Source of the DNA: an uncultured Pelagibacteraceae bacterium
GTDB lineage: Bacteria > Pseudomonadota > Alphaproteobacteria > Pelagibacterales > Pelagibacteraceae
Length of the DNA: 64,000 nt
Assembly (NCBI GenBank): GCA_902588585.1
Contig: CACIPQ010000002.1
Coordinates: 28,911 to 92,910, forward strand
Direction: 5' to 3'
In this document: positions 45,388 through 54,618 of the stretch, one piece after another
Layout: each line of letters begins with the position of its first letter
Numbering within the stretch: the first letter of the stretch is position 1
Translations under genes and position numbers: made by a program
The notes under the pieces: generated by a model
Databases searched by the model: none
What the model was told of the DNA's origin: nothing
What the model saw: only the letters and a program-made list of their open reading frames with translations

Positions 45388-45990
45388 ATGAAAAGAGTAC
45401 TTATATCTTTTCTTTTATTATTTCTAATATCGATTTTTGCACAATCTAAGGCCATAGCTTATAGTTCTGATCCCAAAGAATTTATTAACGAAATCATAGA
45501 TGAGGCAAAAGTAATTTTAAGCAGTGGTTCTACCCAGGAAATAAAGGCAAAAAAGCTTTCAGATATAGCCTTAAAAACTGTAGATATAAAAGGTCTGGCC
45601 TATTATACGCTTGGAAAAAAAAGAAAAGAAATAAGTTCAGAAGAGTTAAAAAAATACGAAGAATTATTTGAAAAATATTTTTTAAAAACTTTTACTTCAC
45701 GGTTAACAGATTATTCTGATCCCAAAATTACTGTTTTATCAGCTGAAGTTGTAAACGAAAAATATACAATTGTTAAAACTATGCTGGTTAAAACAAGTAA
45801 AAAGCCTGAAGTTAAAATTGATTGGAGAGTATACACAAAAGATTCGGGTAATCCTTTAATAAGAGATTTAATAGTTGAAGGATTAAGCTTGGCTAGAACA
45901 CAGAAAGAAGAATTTGCTTCTATACTCAGTACAAACGATAATGATTTGAATGCGTTATTTAGTAAGTTAGAAGAGTTTATTAATAAGTAA
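45388..45990 (+). CDS. mlaC: MlaC/Ttg2D-family periplasmic lipid-binding protein
   Basis: 200 aa with a signal peptide. Toluene-tolerance Ttg2D-like layout, adjacent to mlaA. Confidence 0.7.
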   Translation: MKRVLISFLLLFLISIFAQSKAIAYSSDPKEFINEIIDEAKVILSSGSTQEIKAKKLSDIALKTVDIKGLAYYTLGKKRKEISSEELKKYEELFEKYFLKTFTSRLTDYSDPKITVLSAEVVNEKYTIVKTMLVKTSKKPEVKIDWRVYTKDSGNPLIRDLIVEGLSLARTQKEEFASILSTNDNDLNALFSKLEEFINK

Positions 45991-46048
45991 GAAATGATTT
46001 GGTATATTGTTATATCTTTGTGGCTCTTTGGAATGATGTCAGAGTAAT

Positions 46049-46125
46049 TGGTGGGCCCGCCAGGATTCGAACCTGGGACCAATACATTATGAGTGTACTG
46101 CTCTAACCAGCTGAGCTACAGGCCC
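46049..46125 (-). tRNA. tRNA with anticodon CAU (Met elongator or, more likely, lysidine-modified Ile2), encoded CCA
   Basis: The reverse complement folds as a 77-nt cloverleaf. Its parts are GGGCCTG / TA / GCTC-AGCTGGTTA-GAGC / A / GTACA-CTCATAA-TGTAT / TGGTC / CCAGG-TTCGAAT-CCTGG / CGGGCCC-A-CCA. Confidence 0.9.
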
Positions 46126-46167
46126 AATAGTAATATGGATATCTCAATAAATGGAAAAGTCAAATCC

Positions 46168-46428
46168 CTAATTTTGATTTATTTCTTTTAATAATTTGTT
46201 AAGAAATTTTCCCAACAATTGAGCATCATCAGGGTTCAATATTCTATCTTTTTCAATTCCTTTTTTCATCTCTTCTCTAACTTTATCTTTCATTAAAATA
46301 ATTTTTTCATTCGAAATTTGATTTTCAAGTTCCTGTTGAAAATTATTAATTACAGAACCGATAGTTATTTGAAACAGTAAAAATAAGCCAATAAAAATTA
46401 CGATAGATTTTATTAAAAAAATTTTCAT
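46168..46428 (-). CDS. Hypothetical N-terminally anchored small protein
   Basis: 86 aa with one N-terminal hydrophobic helix and a charged, coiled-coil-like tail. Its start abuts the stop of the upstream 551-aa membrane protein gene. Confidence 0.4.
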   Translation of the reverse strand: MKIFLIKSIVIFIGLFLLFQITIGSVINNFQQELENQISNEKIILMKDKVREEMKKGIEKDRILNPDDAQLLGKFLNKLLKEINQN

Positions 46429-48084
46429 TTAATTATTTAATTTTTTTGTATTAATAAATATTTCATTAATAGTAATGCCGTCAACTTTAAATTTATAATA
46501 AGATTTAAAGTGATTGGGGATATTATATCTTTTTTTATTAAAAATTGGTCTAACAAAATAATAGTAGTTTGTGAAAATCAAGTCCGCCTTATCATGATTA
46601 TCCTCAATAAAAACAAACTTTTTTCTTAAATTTTTATCCATTATTAGCTTGGTTTTATTTAAATCAGTGAAACTAGCTGAGGAAATTTTCAAAGGATAAT
46701 TGAATTTATCCCCTTTCAAAATTTTCTCTAAAGTTCTTTGATTTGATAACCCCCAATAATCAAGGGGGAAGTTACTTTGAATAAAATTTTTACTTAATAA
46801 ATTAAAATAAACATGCTGGTGGGGATGATATTTAAAAATATAAAAAACATTAAATAATATTTGAATAGTAAAAAATATAGTAAAAATTTTAAAAAATTTT
46901 TTATTTTTCAAATGCTTTAAATAATTTAAGAAATAAAGTCCTAAAATTATTAAAGAAGGATAGAGAAAATACAATTGCCTCCATCCATTATATAAAGTTG
47001 AATTAAAAACAACAACTGAGATAGCTGGTATTAAAAAAATAAATAAAATGAAAACTAATATCATTTCGTTTTTATTTTTCCATAAATTATTATAACTAAT
47101 TTTTTCTACATTAATTAAGTTTTTTATAAAAATTGAAGATGATCTAAATAAGCCTAAGGCAATTATTAAAAAAAACATAATTGGTGTTGTTATAAAAAAC
47201 CAAACAAAAAAATAGTGCCACGGTAAAAATTTTGCTTTTAAAAAATTTCCAAAATATAAAACTTCACCTTCCCAAGGATAATTTTTAAATTCTTTTAATG
47301 AAATTATTAATTTATAAATATTGCCATCCCACATCCAGGGCCAAAACAGAATAAAAAAAATTGAAAAAGATATTAGATATTTAAATGATTTAATAAGTTT
47401 TACTTTTACATCTTTTTTATTTTCTCCGTTAAAAAATAAAAAAAATATAGTTAAAGCCGGAAGATACATTGCAATTACCCTTATATCTGTCGCAAAAGCT
47501 GAAAATAAAGATCCAAGAATAATATATTTATTGCTCTTTTCTTGGAGAAATTTGATATTAAAAAAAATAGCGAACACAAATGAGGACATTAATATTATAT
47601 CTTTGGGATTATAAAAACTTTCAGCAAAAATTCTTGGAGATGAAATTAAGAATAATAAACCAATTAAAGAAATAATATTATCTTTGAAAATATATTGAAG
47701 CAAAAAATAAAAACATATTGTAGATGAAAAAAATACTAGAAAATTTATTAGATGTTTTAATAAATAAATTTCTTGAGAGTCGCTTAAATTTAATATTACT
47801 TCAATAGCTGCCAAGGGTAAATCAAATGCAACTCCATAGGCTCTATCAACATAGTTTGTTAGATTGGGTAAATTGTTAATAAATAAATTTAAATTAATAT
47901 TTATGCCAAACTTTTCAAAAATATGTTTAAGAGAAACAAAGCCATTAAGTCTATTTATATTCTCATCAAACGAAATACCGTAATCTTTAAAAATAAAAAT
48001 CCCAAATAACAGATAGATTGCTAAAAGCAGAAATATTAAAATCTTTGACTCGAAATATTGTTTTGTATAATTTATTAAATTCAT
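46429..48084 (-). CDS. Polytopic membrane protein, candidate GT-C-fold glycosyltransferase (ArnT/PMT_2-like)
   Basis: 551 aa. The first loop carries acidic residues (YGISFDEN). An NGWRQLYFLYPSL block resembles the RYxxPxxP block of GT39/GT83 enzymes. The C-terminal ~130 aa look soluble. Confidence 0.45.
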   Translation of the reverse strand: MNLINYTKQYFESKILIFLLLAIYLLFGIFIFKDYGISFDENINRLNGFVSLKHIFEKFGININLNLFINNLPNLTNYVDRAYGVAFDLPLAAIEVILNLSDSQEIYLLKHLINFLVFFSSTICFYFLLQYIFKDNIISLIGLLFLISSPRIFAESFYNPKDIILMSSFVFAIFFNIKFLQEKSNKYIILGSLFSAFATDIRVIAMYLPALTIFFLFFNGENKKDVKVKLIKSFKYLISFSIFFILFWPWMWDGNIYKLIISLKEFKNYPWEGEVLYFGNFLKAKFLPWHYFFVWFFITTPIMFFLIIALGLFRSSSIFIKNLINVEKISYNNLWKNKNEMILVFILFIFLIPAISVVVFNSTLYNGWRQLYFLYPSLIILGLYFLNYLKHLKNKKFFKIFTIFFTIQILFNVFYIFKYHPHQHVYFNLLSKNFIQSNFPLDYWGLSNQRTLEKILKGDKFNYPLKISSASFTDLNKTKLIMDKNLRKKFVFIEDNHDKADLIFTNYYYFVRPIFNKKRYNIPNHFKSYYKFKVDGITINEIFINTKKLNN

Positions 48085-48115
48085 GTTTTGTTTGGATTTT
48101 ACTTAATCAATATAA

Positions 48116-49108
48116 ATGCATAATACATTATTTAAAAAATTATCACTAATTTTAATATCTTTTGTTTTCTCTTTAATTCTCGTTGAGTTTTTTTTAAGAA
48201 TTCTAGGATTTACCCCATGGACTTATATTTCATCAAAAAATCAAAATATTTTTGACTTTGATCAAAATATTGGCTGGAAATCAAAAGAGGGCGTCTATGA
48301 CATTATTGCTTCTGAAAAATACAAAATTAATACGGTTTTAACCATTCTGAATAACGGAAATAGATATTCTGGAAAAAACTCAAGTGATCAACAGATTATA
48401 ATAGTTGGCGGTTCTTTTACTCAAGGCTGGGGTGTAAATGATAACGAAACTTTTTCATATAAACTGCAAAAAAAATTAAAGAATTTTAACATAAAAAATT
48501 ATGGTCAGTCTGGGTACAGCGGTGTTCAATCTTATTTATTATTAGAAGAAGTATTGAATCAAAATAAAAATCCGAGTTTAATAATTTATGCCTTTATAGA
48601 TCATCACGAATATAGAAATGTTGCTCGTGGTGAGTGGCTAGAGTTATTGCTCAAATATTCTAAGACTGGTCATACTAATTCACCAAAGATACCTTTTGTA
48701 ACTCTGAATAAAAAAAAAGAGTTAGTGTTCCATAAACCATCAGGATATTTACAATTACCATTAAGAGAAAAATTATCTTTGGTTGCTCTTGTCGAAAAAA
48801 CCATTATGAAACACACTACTAAAAGGCGAAAAAAACAACAAAAAGAAGTTGCACGAAAAATTTTTCTAAAAATGAAAAATATCTCTGAAGAATTTAATTC
48901 AAAATTTCTTGTAGTAAACTTAAAATCTAATATTGAAGAATACGATAATTTCTTTGAAAAAAACAATATCAATTTTGTAGATTGTAATTTTCCTCTAACT
49001 GAAAATTATTTAATAAAAGGAGATTATCATCCAAATAATAAGGCTCATTCGGTGTATAGCGAGTGTATAAACGATTATATAAACAAGGAAAAATTATTAC
49101 TTTTCTAG
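48116..49108 (+). CDS. Membrane-anchored SGNH/GDSL-like hydrolase or acyl-esterase candidate
   Basis: N-terminal TM helix. A block-I-like [13 protein letters not shown] has GGS in place of GDS. A C-terminal [10 protein letters not shown] resembles block V (DxxHPN) but has one fewer residue between Asp and His (DYH rather than DxxH). Confidence 0.4.
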   Translation: MHNTLFKKLSLILISFVFSLILVEFFLRILGFTPWTYISSKNQNIFDFDQNIGWKSKEGVYDIIASEKYKINTVLTILNNGNRYSGKNSSDQQIIIVGGSFTQGWGVNDNETFSYKLQKKLKNFNIKNYGQSGYSGVQSYLLLEEVLNQNKNPSLIIYAFIDHHEYRNVARGEWLELLLKYSKTGHTNSPKIPFVTLNKKKELVFHKPSGYLQLPLREKLSLVALVEKTIMKHTTKRRKKQQKEVARKIFLKMKNISEEFNSKFLVVNLKSNIEEYDNFFEKNNINFVDCNFPLTENYLIKGDYHPNNKAHSVYSECINDYINKEKLLLF

Positions 49109-50998
49109 GAAACTTTTAAGTTGCTTGGATCTGCTTGGGTGCTTAAGTTTCCTTAAAGCTTTTGCTTCTATCTGTCTTATTCTTTCTCTAGTAACATTAA
49201 ATTGCAAACCAACTTCTTCCAAAGTGTGGTCAGTATTCATTCCTATTCCAAATCTCATTCTCAAAACCCTCTCTTCTCTTGGTGTTAAAGATGCTAAAAT
49301 TTTTGTTGTTGACTCACTTAAATTCGATCTTATTGCGGTATCTAAAGGCTGTAAGGCATTTTTATCCTCTATGAAATCTCCCAAACTACTATCTTCCTCA
49401 TCGCCAACTGGAGTTTCAAGTGAAACTGGTTCTTTTGAAATTTTTAAAACTTTTCTCACTTTCTCTAATGGCATTGCTAATTTTTTTGCCAATTCTTCCG
49501 GGGTAGCCTCTCTTCCAAATTCACTTAAAATTTGTCTTTGTGTCCTTACAATTTTATTTATGGTTTCAATCATATGAACGGGAATTCTTATAGTTCTCGC
49601 CTGATCAGCTATAGATCTTGTAATAGCTTGTCTGATCCACCACGTTGCATAAGTTGAAAATTTATAACCACGTCTATATTCAAATTTATCAACTGCCTTC
49701 ATTAACCCAATGTTTCCTTCTTGAATCAGATCTAAAAATTGAAGTCCTCTATTTGTATATTTTTTTGCAATCGAAATAACTAATCTAAGATTGGCTTCTA
49801 CCATTTCTTTTTTTGCAACCCTTGATTCTCTTTCTCCTTTTTGAATTCTCTTAACTAACAACTTAAATTCACCAACAGATAGTTCTATTTTTTTACTAAA
49901 TTCAATTAATCTTTCTCTTATCTCTGTAAATTCTTTTTTGTGTTTTTTAAAAAAATTCTTCCATGTCTTATTTTCTTTTAAAAAAGATTCAAATCTTGAA
50001 TTAATTTCATTTCCAACATAATATTTTACAAATTCTTCTCTAGAAATTTTATTATCTGTTGCAAGTCTTAAAATCACGCCTTCCAGCGATAATATTTTTT
50101 TGTTTTCCTTGTAATGAGACTGGACCAATTCTTCGACAATTGAGGGGCTTAACTGAAGATTTTTAAAATCTTCAACTAAAATACTTTGGATTTTCTTTAA
50201 GTTTTTATTTTTAGAAATAGATAATTCTTTAGAATCTAAAATACAATTTAATTTTTCAATTTGATATTTTTTTAGTTTTGCATAATTTTTTGATAAATTG
50301 TGAATTAATAATATTATTTTTGGTTTTATTTCTTCTTCCATTGCGGCAAGAGAAACATTAAATTCATCATTTTGATCTGTATATTCTTCGCTTTTTTCTC
50401 CTTCTTCTGTCTGCCCTTCTGTTTTCTTTGTTTTTAATTTATCTTTATCTTTGTCTTTGTCTTTGTCTTTATTTTTATCTAATTTTTTTAATTTTTTCTC
50501 TTCATTTTCATCATTTTCAAAATCTTCATATGTTGAGTCTATGTCTATTATATCTCGTACTAATAATTCATTTTTTTCTAACTGTTCTTTCCACTCAAAT
50601 ATTTTTTTTGCTACTAAAGGACTTTGGGTAAGAGCATTTATCATAACATTTTTTCCAGCTTCAATTCTTTTTGCTATTGCTATTTCTCCATCTCTTGAAA
50701 GGAGTTCAACTCCGCCCATCTCACGTAGGTACATTCTTATTGGATCGTCACTTTTGTCTGTAGATTTTTCACCTTCAGCTTGGCTTGAGTCTCTTTTCTT
50801 TACAGCTTGGAAATCTGATTTCTTGGCAACGAGAGTAACTTTTTTATCAAATAAAATAATTAATGCTTTTTCTAAATTTTCTTGAGAGCTGTTCCTTTTT
50901 CCTAGGGACTTTCCAAGTTCTTCATAGGTTACGAAACCTCTGTGCAAACCTTTTTCTAAAAGTCTTTCAAACGATTTTGTGATAAGTTTAGTCTTCAT
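49097..50998 (-). CDS. rpoD: Primary sigma factor (sigma-70)
   Basis: Region 2 ([12 protein letters not shown]), region 3 and region 4.2 ([30 protein letters not shown]), with an acidic non-conserved insert. Confidence 0.95.
   Translation of the reverse strand: MKTKLITKSFERLLEKGLHRGFVTYEELGKSLGKRNSSQENLEKALIILFDKKVTLVAKKSDFQAVKKRDSSQAEGEKSTDKSDDPIRMYLREMGGVELLSRDGEIAIAKRIEAGKNVMINALTQSPLVAKKIFEWKEQLEKNELLVRDIIDIDSTYEDFENDENEEKKLKKLDKNKDKDKDKDKDKLKTKKTEGQTEEGEKSEEYTDQNDEFNVSLAAMEEEIKPKIILLIHNLSKNYAKLKKYQIEKLNCILDSKELSISKNKNLKKIQSILVEDFKNLQLSPSIVEELVQSHYKENKKILSLEGVILRLATDNKISREEFVKYYVGNEINSRFESFLKENKTWKNFFKKHKKEFTEIRERLIEFSKKIELSVGEFKLLVKRIQKGERESRVAKKEMVEANLRLVISIAKKYTNRGLQFLDLIQEGNIGLMKAVDKFEYRRGYKFSTYATWWIRQAITRSIADQARTIRIPVHMIETINKIVRTQRQILSEFGREATPEELAKKLAMPLEKVRKVLKISKEPVSLETPVGDEEDSSLGDFIEDKNALQPLDTAIRSNLSESTTKILASLTPREERVLRMRFGIGMNTDHTLEEVGLQFNVTRERIRQIEAKALRKLKHPSRSKQLKSFLEK
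50441..50470 (-). repeat. In-frame hexanucleotide microsatellite (AAAGAY)x5 encoding (KD)5 within rpoD
   Basis: The + strand reads atcttt atcttt gtcttt gtcttt gtcttt, which translates to [10 protein letters not shown] in the sigma-70 non-conserved region. Confidence 0.9.
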
Positions 50999-51059
50999 AG
51001 AATCTTCTATTAGCGCTTCATTATATATAGAGGCAAATTATTAAAAATCTATACCTAAT

Positions 51060-52826
51060 TTATTCCTTGTTTATCTGACTTTTCAGTTCCATTAGATCGG
51101 AATAGGACTTTTCATCAAATTCTTTGATGAGTTTTTTTTCAAGATCATCTATTTTTTTTGAAAATTTGATTTCGTTAAGTTCTTTAAGTATTTCATTTAA
51201 TAATTCGATTTGTTGATTTTCATCTTTTTTTAAAAAAATATTTTTTATAACAGCATTTTGATTTATATTGTCAATTAAACTTGAATATTTTTTTTTAAAA
51301 TTAATAACATTTTTTTCATCAAACTTATCTTTAGATATAAGATCCAATAATTCTGATTTTAAAGTATTTAAACTATTAGAAGAAAATTCAATTTCTTTAA
51401 AAATTGGTACTCTTGGTATAATAATTTTCGGATAATTATACATAACATATAATATAGAATATTCCTTGATTTCTTCCTTGGTAAGATGATCTTTTGCTAC
51501 TAATATTTTTTTAGTTTCATTGAGAATTCTATGATTATTTATTTTTTTACCTTTAACAAATTTTTGTAAAGGAGTTAAATTTCTAATTTTTTCTAGATAA
51601 TGTTCTAAGATATACTTTTTAAGAGTTTTATCTCCAATAGACTGACATAAATTTCTAAATTTTTTCTCAAACTTTGTTGTGGCAAAGGGATCAGATCTAT
51701 CAAGACTGTTCAGATACATCCTCCAAATAAATTCTTCTATCGAAAGATTGTTTTTTATAAGTTTTTCAAAATTTTCTTTTCCTTTCTCCTTTATATAATC
51801 ATCTGGATCCATTCCGTCTGATAGTGTTATAAAACCAATTTTATTATTTTCTTTTATGAAAGGGAGAAGATTCTCTGCTATACGTAAAGCTGCTTTTTGC
51901 CCACTAGAATCCCCATCTAAGCAAATTACTGGGTAAGAAAAAAATTTCCAAACCAAGTTTATTTGGTTTTCTGTTAAAGCAATTCCAGAATTTGAAACAA
52001 CATTTTTTATACCAGATGAATAAATTCTAATAACATCCATATACCCTTCGACAATAATCACTTCTTCATTTCTATTTGGAGCCGATTTTGCTTTATCTAA
52101 GTTAAATATATGTCTGCCTTTTTTGTAAAATTCTGTTTCAGGCGAATTTATATATTTTGCTGTTTTTTTGTCTTTAATAATTCTTCCACCAAAAGCAACC
52201 GTATCTCCAACAATATTTTTTATTGGGAATATTATTCTTGAATGAAATCTGTTTACAAATTTATTATATTTTTCATTCTTATAGAACAGGCCTGTTAATA
52301 GAATTTCCTGTTCACTAAATTTTTTAGATAAATGACTATAATAATCTGAATTATCAGGAACAAAACCTATCTGAAACTCTGAAATTGTATCTTTTGCTAT
52401 TCCTCTTTTGTTTAAATAATTCATTGCTGCAGAATTTTTTTCAAAAATAAGCTTATGATGATAATCGTTATAATCTTTTAAAATATTTTTATACGTCTGG
52501 TATCTCTTTTCTTTTTCCAAATCAAAACTTGTAAATCTATAAGGTTGCATTCCAGCTTCTGCAGCTAATTGCCTTACCGCCTCACCAAATTTTAAAGACT
52601 GTGTCTTCATAAGAAAATCAAATATGTTTCCGTGTTCTGTTGAACTAAAACAATGATAGAATCCTTTTTCATCACTTACGGTAAAAGATGGTGTTTTCTC
52701 ACTAGTAAAAGGAGATAGACCTACAAACTCCTTTCCTCTTCTCTTCAGTTTGACTGTTTTGCCAACCACTTGGGAAACTTTTAATCTCAACTTAATTTCT
52801 TCCAAATAATTTTTGGGATACTTCAT
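51060..52826 (-). CDS. dnaG: DNA primase
   Basis: EKTPSFTV...FYHCF zinc-ribbon-region homology, TOPRIM motifs (IIVEGYMDV, CLDGDSSG), and a position upstream of rpoD. Confidence 0.9.
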   Translation of the reverse strand: MKYPKNYLEEIKLRLKVSQVVGKTVKLKRRGKEFVGLSPFTSEKTPSFTVSDEKGFYHCFSSTEHGNIFDFLMKTQSLKFGEAVRQLAAEAGMQPYRFTSFDLEKEKRYQTYKNILKDYNDYHHKLIFEKNSAAMNYLNKRGIAKDTISEFQIGFVPDNSDYYSHLSKKFSEQEILLTGLFYKNEKYNKFVNRFHSRIIFPIKNIVGDTVAFGGRIIKDKKTAKYINSPETEFYKKGRHIFNLDKAKSAPNRNEEVIIVEGYMDVIRIYSSGIKNVVSNSGIALTENQINLVWKFFSYPVICLDGDSSGQKAALRIAENLLPFIKENNKIGFITLSDGMDPDDYIKEKGKENFEKLIKNNLSIEEFIWRMYLNSLDRSDPFATTKFEKKFRNLCQSIGDKTLKKYILEHYLEKIRNLTPLQKFVKGKKINNHRILNETKKILVAKDHLTKEEIKEYSILYVMYNYPKIIIPRVPIFKEIEFSSNSLNTLKSELLDLISKDKFDEKNVINFKKKYSSLIDNINQNAVIKNIFLKKDENQQIELLNEILKELNEIKFSKKIDDLEKKLIKEFDEKSYSDLMELKSQINKE

Positions 52827-52827
52827 G

Positions 52828-53283
52828 TTATTTTAGGGTTTCCTTAATAATTTGACTCACCTTTGAAAAATCCAAAACATCGGAATATTCTTTTTTTAGT
52901 GCCCCCATTACTTTACCCATGTCTTTAATAGAGCTAGCACCAACTTTCTTCATTGTTTCAAGACAAATTTTTTTTGTTTCTTCTTCGCTTAACTGTTTTG
53001 GCAAAAACTCGTTTATAATTTTAATTTCAGACATTTCATTTTCTAGTAATTCCCCTCGCCCAGCCTTTTTGTAAGCATCGCAAGAATCGTTTCTCTGTTT
53101 TACCATCTTTTTGAGAAGGCCTATCAAGTCGTTATCTGGCAAAATCTTTTTATCTCTAATTTTTTTAGCAATCATTGTGTCTTTTATGGCCGCAACCACT
53201 AATCTTAAAGTAGAATAGGTTTTTTTATCTTTTGCTTTTAAAGCCTCGCTTAGCTTAGTCTCTATTTTGGTTTGAAGGGACAT
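52828..53283 (-). CDS. GatB/YqeY-domain protein
   Basis: 151 aa and all-alpha. The LSEALKAKDK...LRLVVAAIKD N-terminus is typical of YqeY. It lies immediately upstream of dnaG. Confidence 0.75.
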   Translation of the reverse strand: MSLQTKIETKLSEALKAKDKKTYSTLRLVVAAIKDTMIAKKIRDKKILPDNDLIGLLKKMVKQRNDSCDAYKKAGRGELLENEMSEIKIINEFLPKQLSEEETKKICLETMKKVGASSIKDMGKVMGALKKEYSDVLDFSKVSQIIKETLK

Positions 53284-53339
53284 ATGACTTTTGAACTTAC
53301 TTTAATCACATTTTATCTTCAAAAGAAAAAAGAATGGGG

Positions 53340-53368
53340 TTGACGACTGTTAGCCTTTTTCATATAAA
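53340..53368 (+). promoter_or_regulatory. Candidate sigma-70 promoter for carAB
   Basis: TTGACG (53340-45), a 17-nt spacer, then TATAAA (53363-68), about 40 nt upstream of the carA ORF. Confidence 0.4.
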
Positions 53369-53409
53369 GCGCAAAACCTTATTAAAAAGGTTTTTCTTTA
53401 ACTCATGAG

Positions 53410-54618
53410 TTGTATTTGAGACAGTTCATAAACAGAAAAAAAAATAATTCACATAATTTTTCTACAGGTATTTTAGTTTTTGAAGATGGCACCAAGTTTT
53501 CTGGCAACGGTATAGGCTATGAGGGCATTGCAGTTGGAGAAGTTTGTTTTAATACATCAATAACTGGTTACCAAGAAATAATAACGGATCCTTCTTATTC
53601 AGATCAAATTATTAACTTTACCTTTCCTCATATTGGGAATGTTGGAACAAACCCGGAGGATAATGAAGCAGAAAAGGCTTGGGTTAAAGGAGTTGTGTTT
53701 AATTCGAATGTTACTGAACCATCAAATTATAGATCTATTAAAAAGCTAGATAAGTGGCTAAAAAAAAGAAAAATAGTTGGCATTGTTGGGTTGGACACAA
53801 GGGTAATCACAAATTACATAAGAGATAAAGGTGCGCCTAAAGGCACCATTCAATTTTCAAGAAAAGGCAAACATGATCTAGGAAAACTTTTAAATAAATC
53901 TAAATCATGGAATGGACTTTTAGGTTTGGATTTAGCAAAAAAAGTTAGCTGTAAAAATATTTATAATTGGTCTTCTCTAAAATCTTGGGACAAGAAAAAA
54001 GGATATACAAAAAATAAAAAAAATAAATATAAGGTTGTTGCTATAGATTACGGTATTAAAAAAAACATACTTAGATGCTTCTCAGATATCAATTGTTCTG
54101 TAACCGTTGTTCCGGCAAACTATTCAGCAGAGAAAATAATTAAATTAAGACCAGATGGAATTTTTTTATCCAATGGCCCTGGGGATCCAGCGGCAACGGG
54201 ACAATATGCCATACCAATAATAAAAAAATTAATTACTAATGGAATTCCTATATTTGGTATTTGTCTTGGCCACCAATTATTGTCTTTAGCTTTAGGTGCA
54301 AAAACAAAAAAAATGTCACTTGGTCATAGAGGCGCTAATCATCCTGTTAAAGATTTGTCTACAAATAAGGTAGAAATCACAAGTCAAAATCATGGTTTTG
54401 AAGTTGATCCAAAATCAATTCCGAGTTCAGTAAAAATTACTCATAAATCTCTATTTGATAACTGTATTGAAGGTATAGAGGTAAAAGAAAAAAAAGTATT
54501 TTCAGTACAATATCACCCGGAGGCAAATCCCGGGCCACAGGATAGTAAATATTTATTTAATAAATTTTTGAAAAATATAATAGTAGTTAAAAAAAATGGG
54601 AAAAAGAAGAGATATTAA
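53410..54618 (+). CDS. carA: Carbamoyl-phosphate synthase small (glutaminase) subunit
   Basis: [18 protein letters not shown]...[21 protein letters not shown], with a catalytic GICLGHQLL and a C-terminal HPE motif. There is no in-frame ATG upstream of the conserved core, so the start is TTG at 53410 or 53416. Confidence 0.9.
   Translation: MYLRQFINRKKNNSHNFSTGILVFEDGTKFSGNGIGYEGIAVGEVCFNTSITGYQEIITDPSYSDQIINFTFPHIGNVGTNPEDNEAEKAWVKGVVFNSNVTEPSNYRSIKKLDKWLKKRKIVGIVGLDTRVITNYIRDKGAPKGTIQFSRKGKHDLGKLLNKSKSWNGLLGLDLAKKVSCKNIYNWSSLKSWDKKKGYTKNKKNKYKVVAIDYGIKKNILRCFSDINCSVTVVPANYSAEKIIKLRPDGIFLSNGPGDPAATGQYAIPIIKKLITNGIPIFGICLGHQLLSLALGAKTKKMSLGHRGANHPVKDLSTNKVEITSQNHGFEVDPKSIPSSVKITHKSLFDNCIEGIEVKEKKVFSVQYHPEANPGPQDSKYLFNKFLKNIIVVKKNGKKKRY

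Noticed and set aside
45711-46082. 123-aa ORF in the track on the minus strand
   Set aside because: It runs antisense through the 3' half of mlaC and into the tRNA gene (46049-46125). This is a shadow ORF in AT-rich DNA with no independent support.
50441-50470. Tandem repeat considered as CRISPR-like or non-coding satellite
   Set aside because: The units are 6 nt with no spacers, and the repeat is in frame within rpoD, so it is a coding microsatellite.
49125-50885. Three + strand ORFs (49125-49577, 50428-50631, 50451-50885) inside rpoD
   Set aside because: They are antisense to a highly conserved sigma-70 gene. Their low-complexity Ser/Leu/Phe-rich translations are typical of the reverse frame of K/E/D-rich coding sequence.
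53373-53394. Hairpin upstream of carA considered as a riboswitch or pyrimidine attenuator
   Set aside because: It is only an 8-bp, mostly A-U stem with no conserved riboswitch core, leader peptide or clear U-tract terminator. It is kept only as a minor note.
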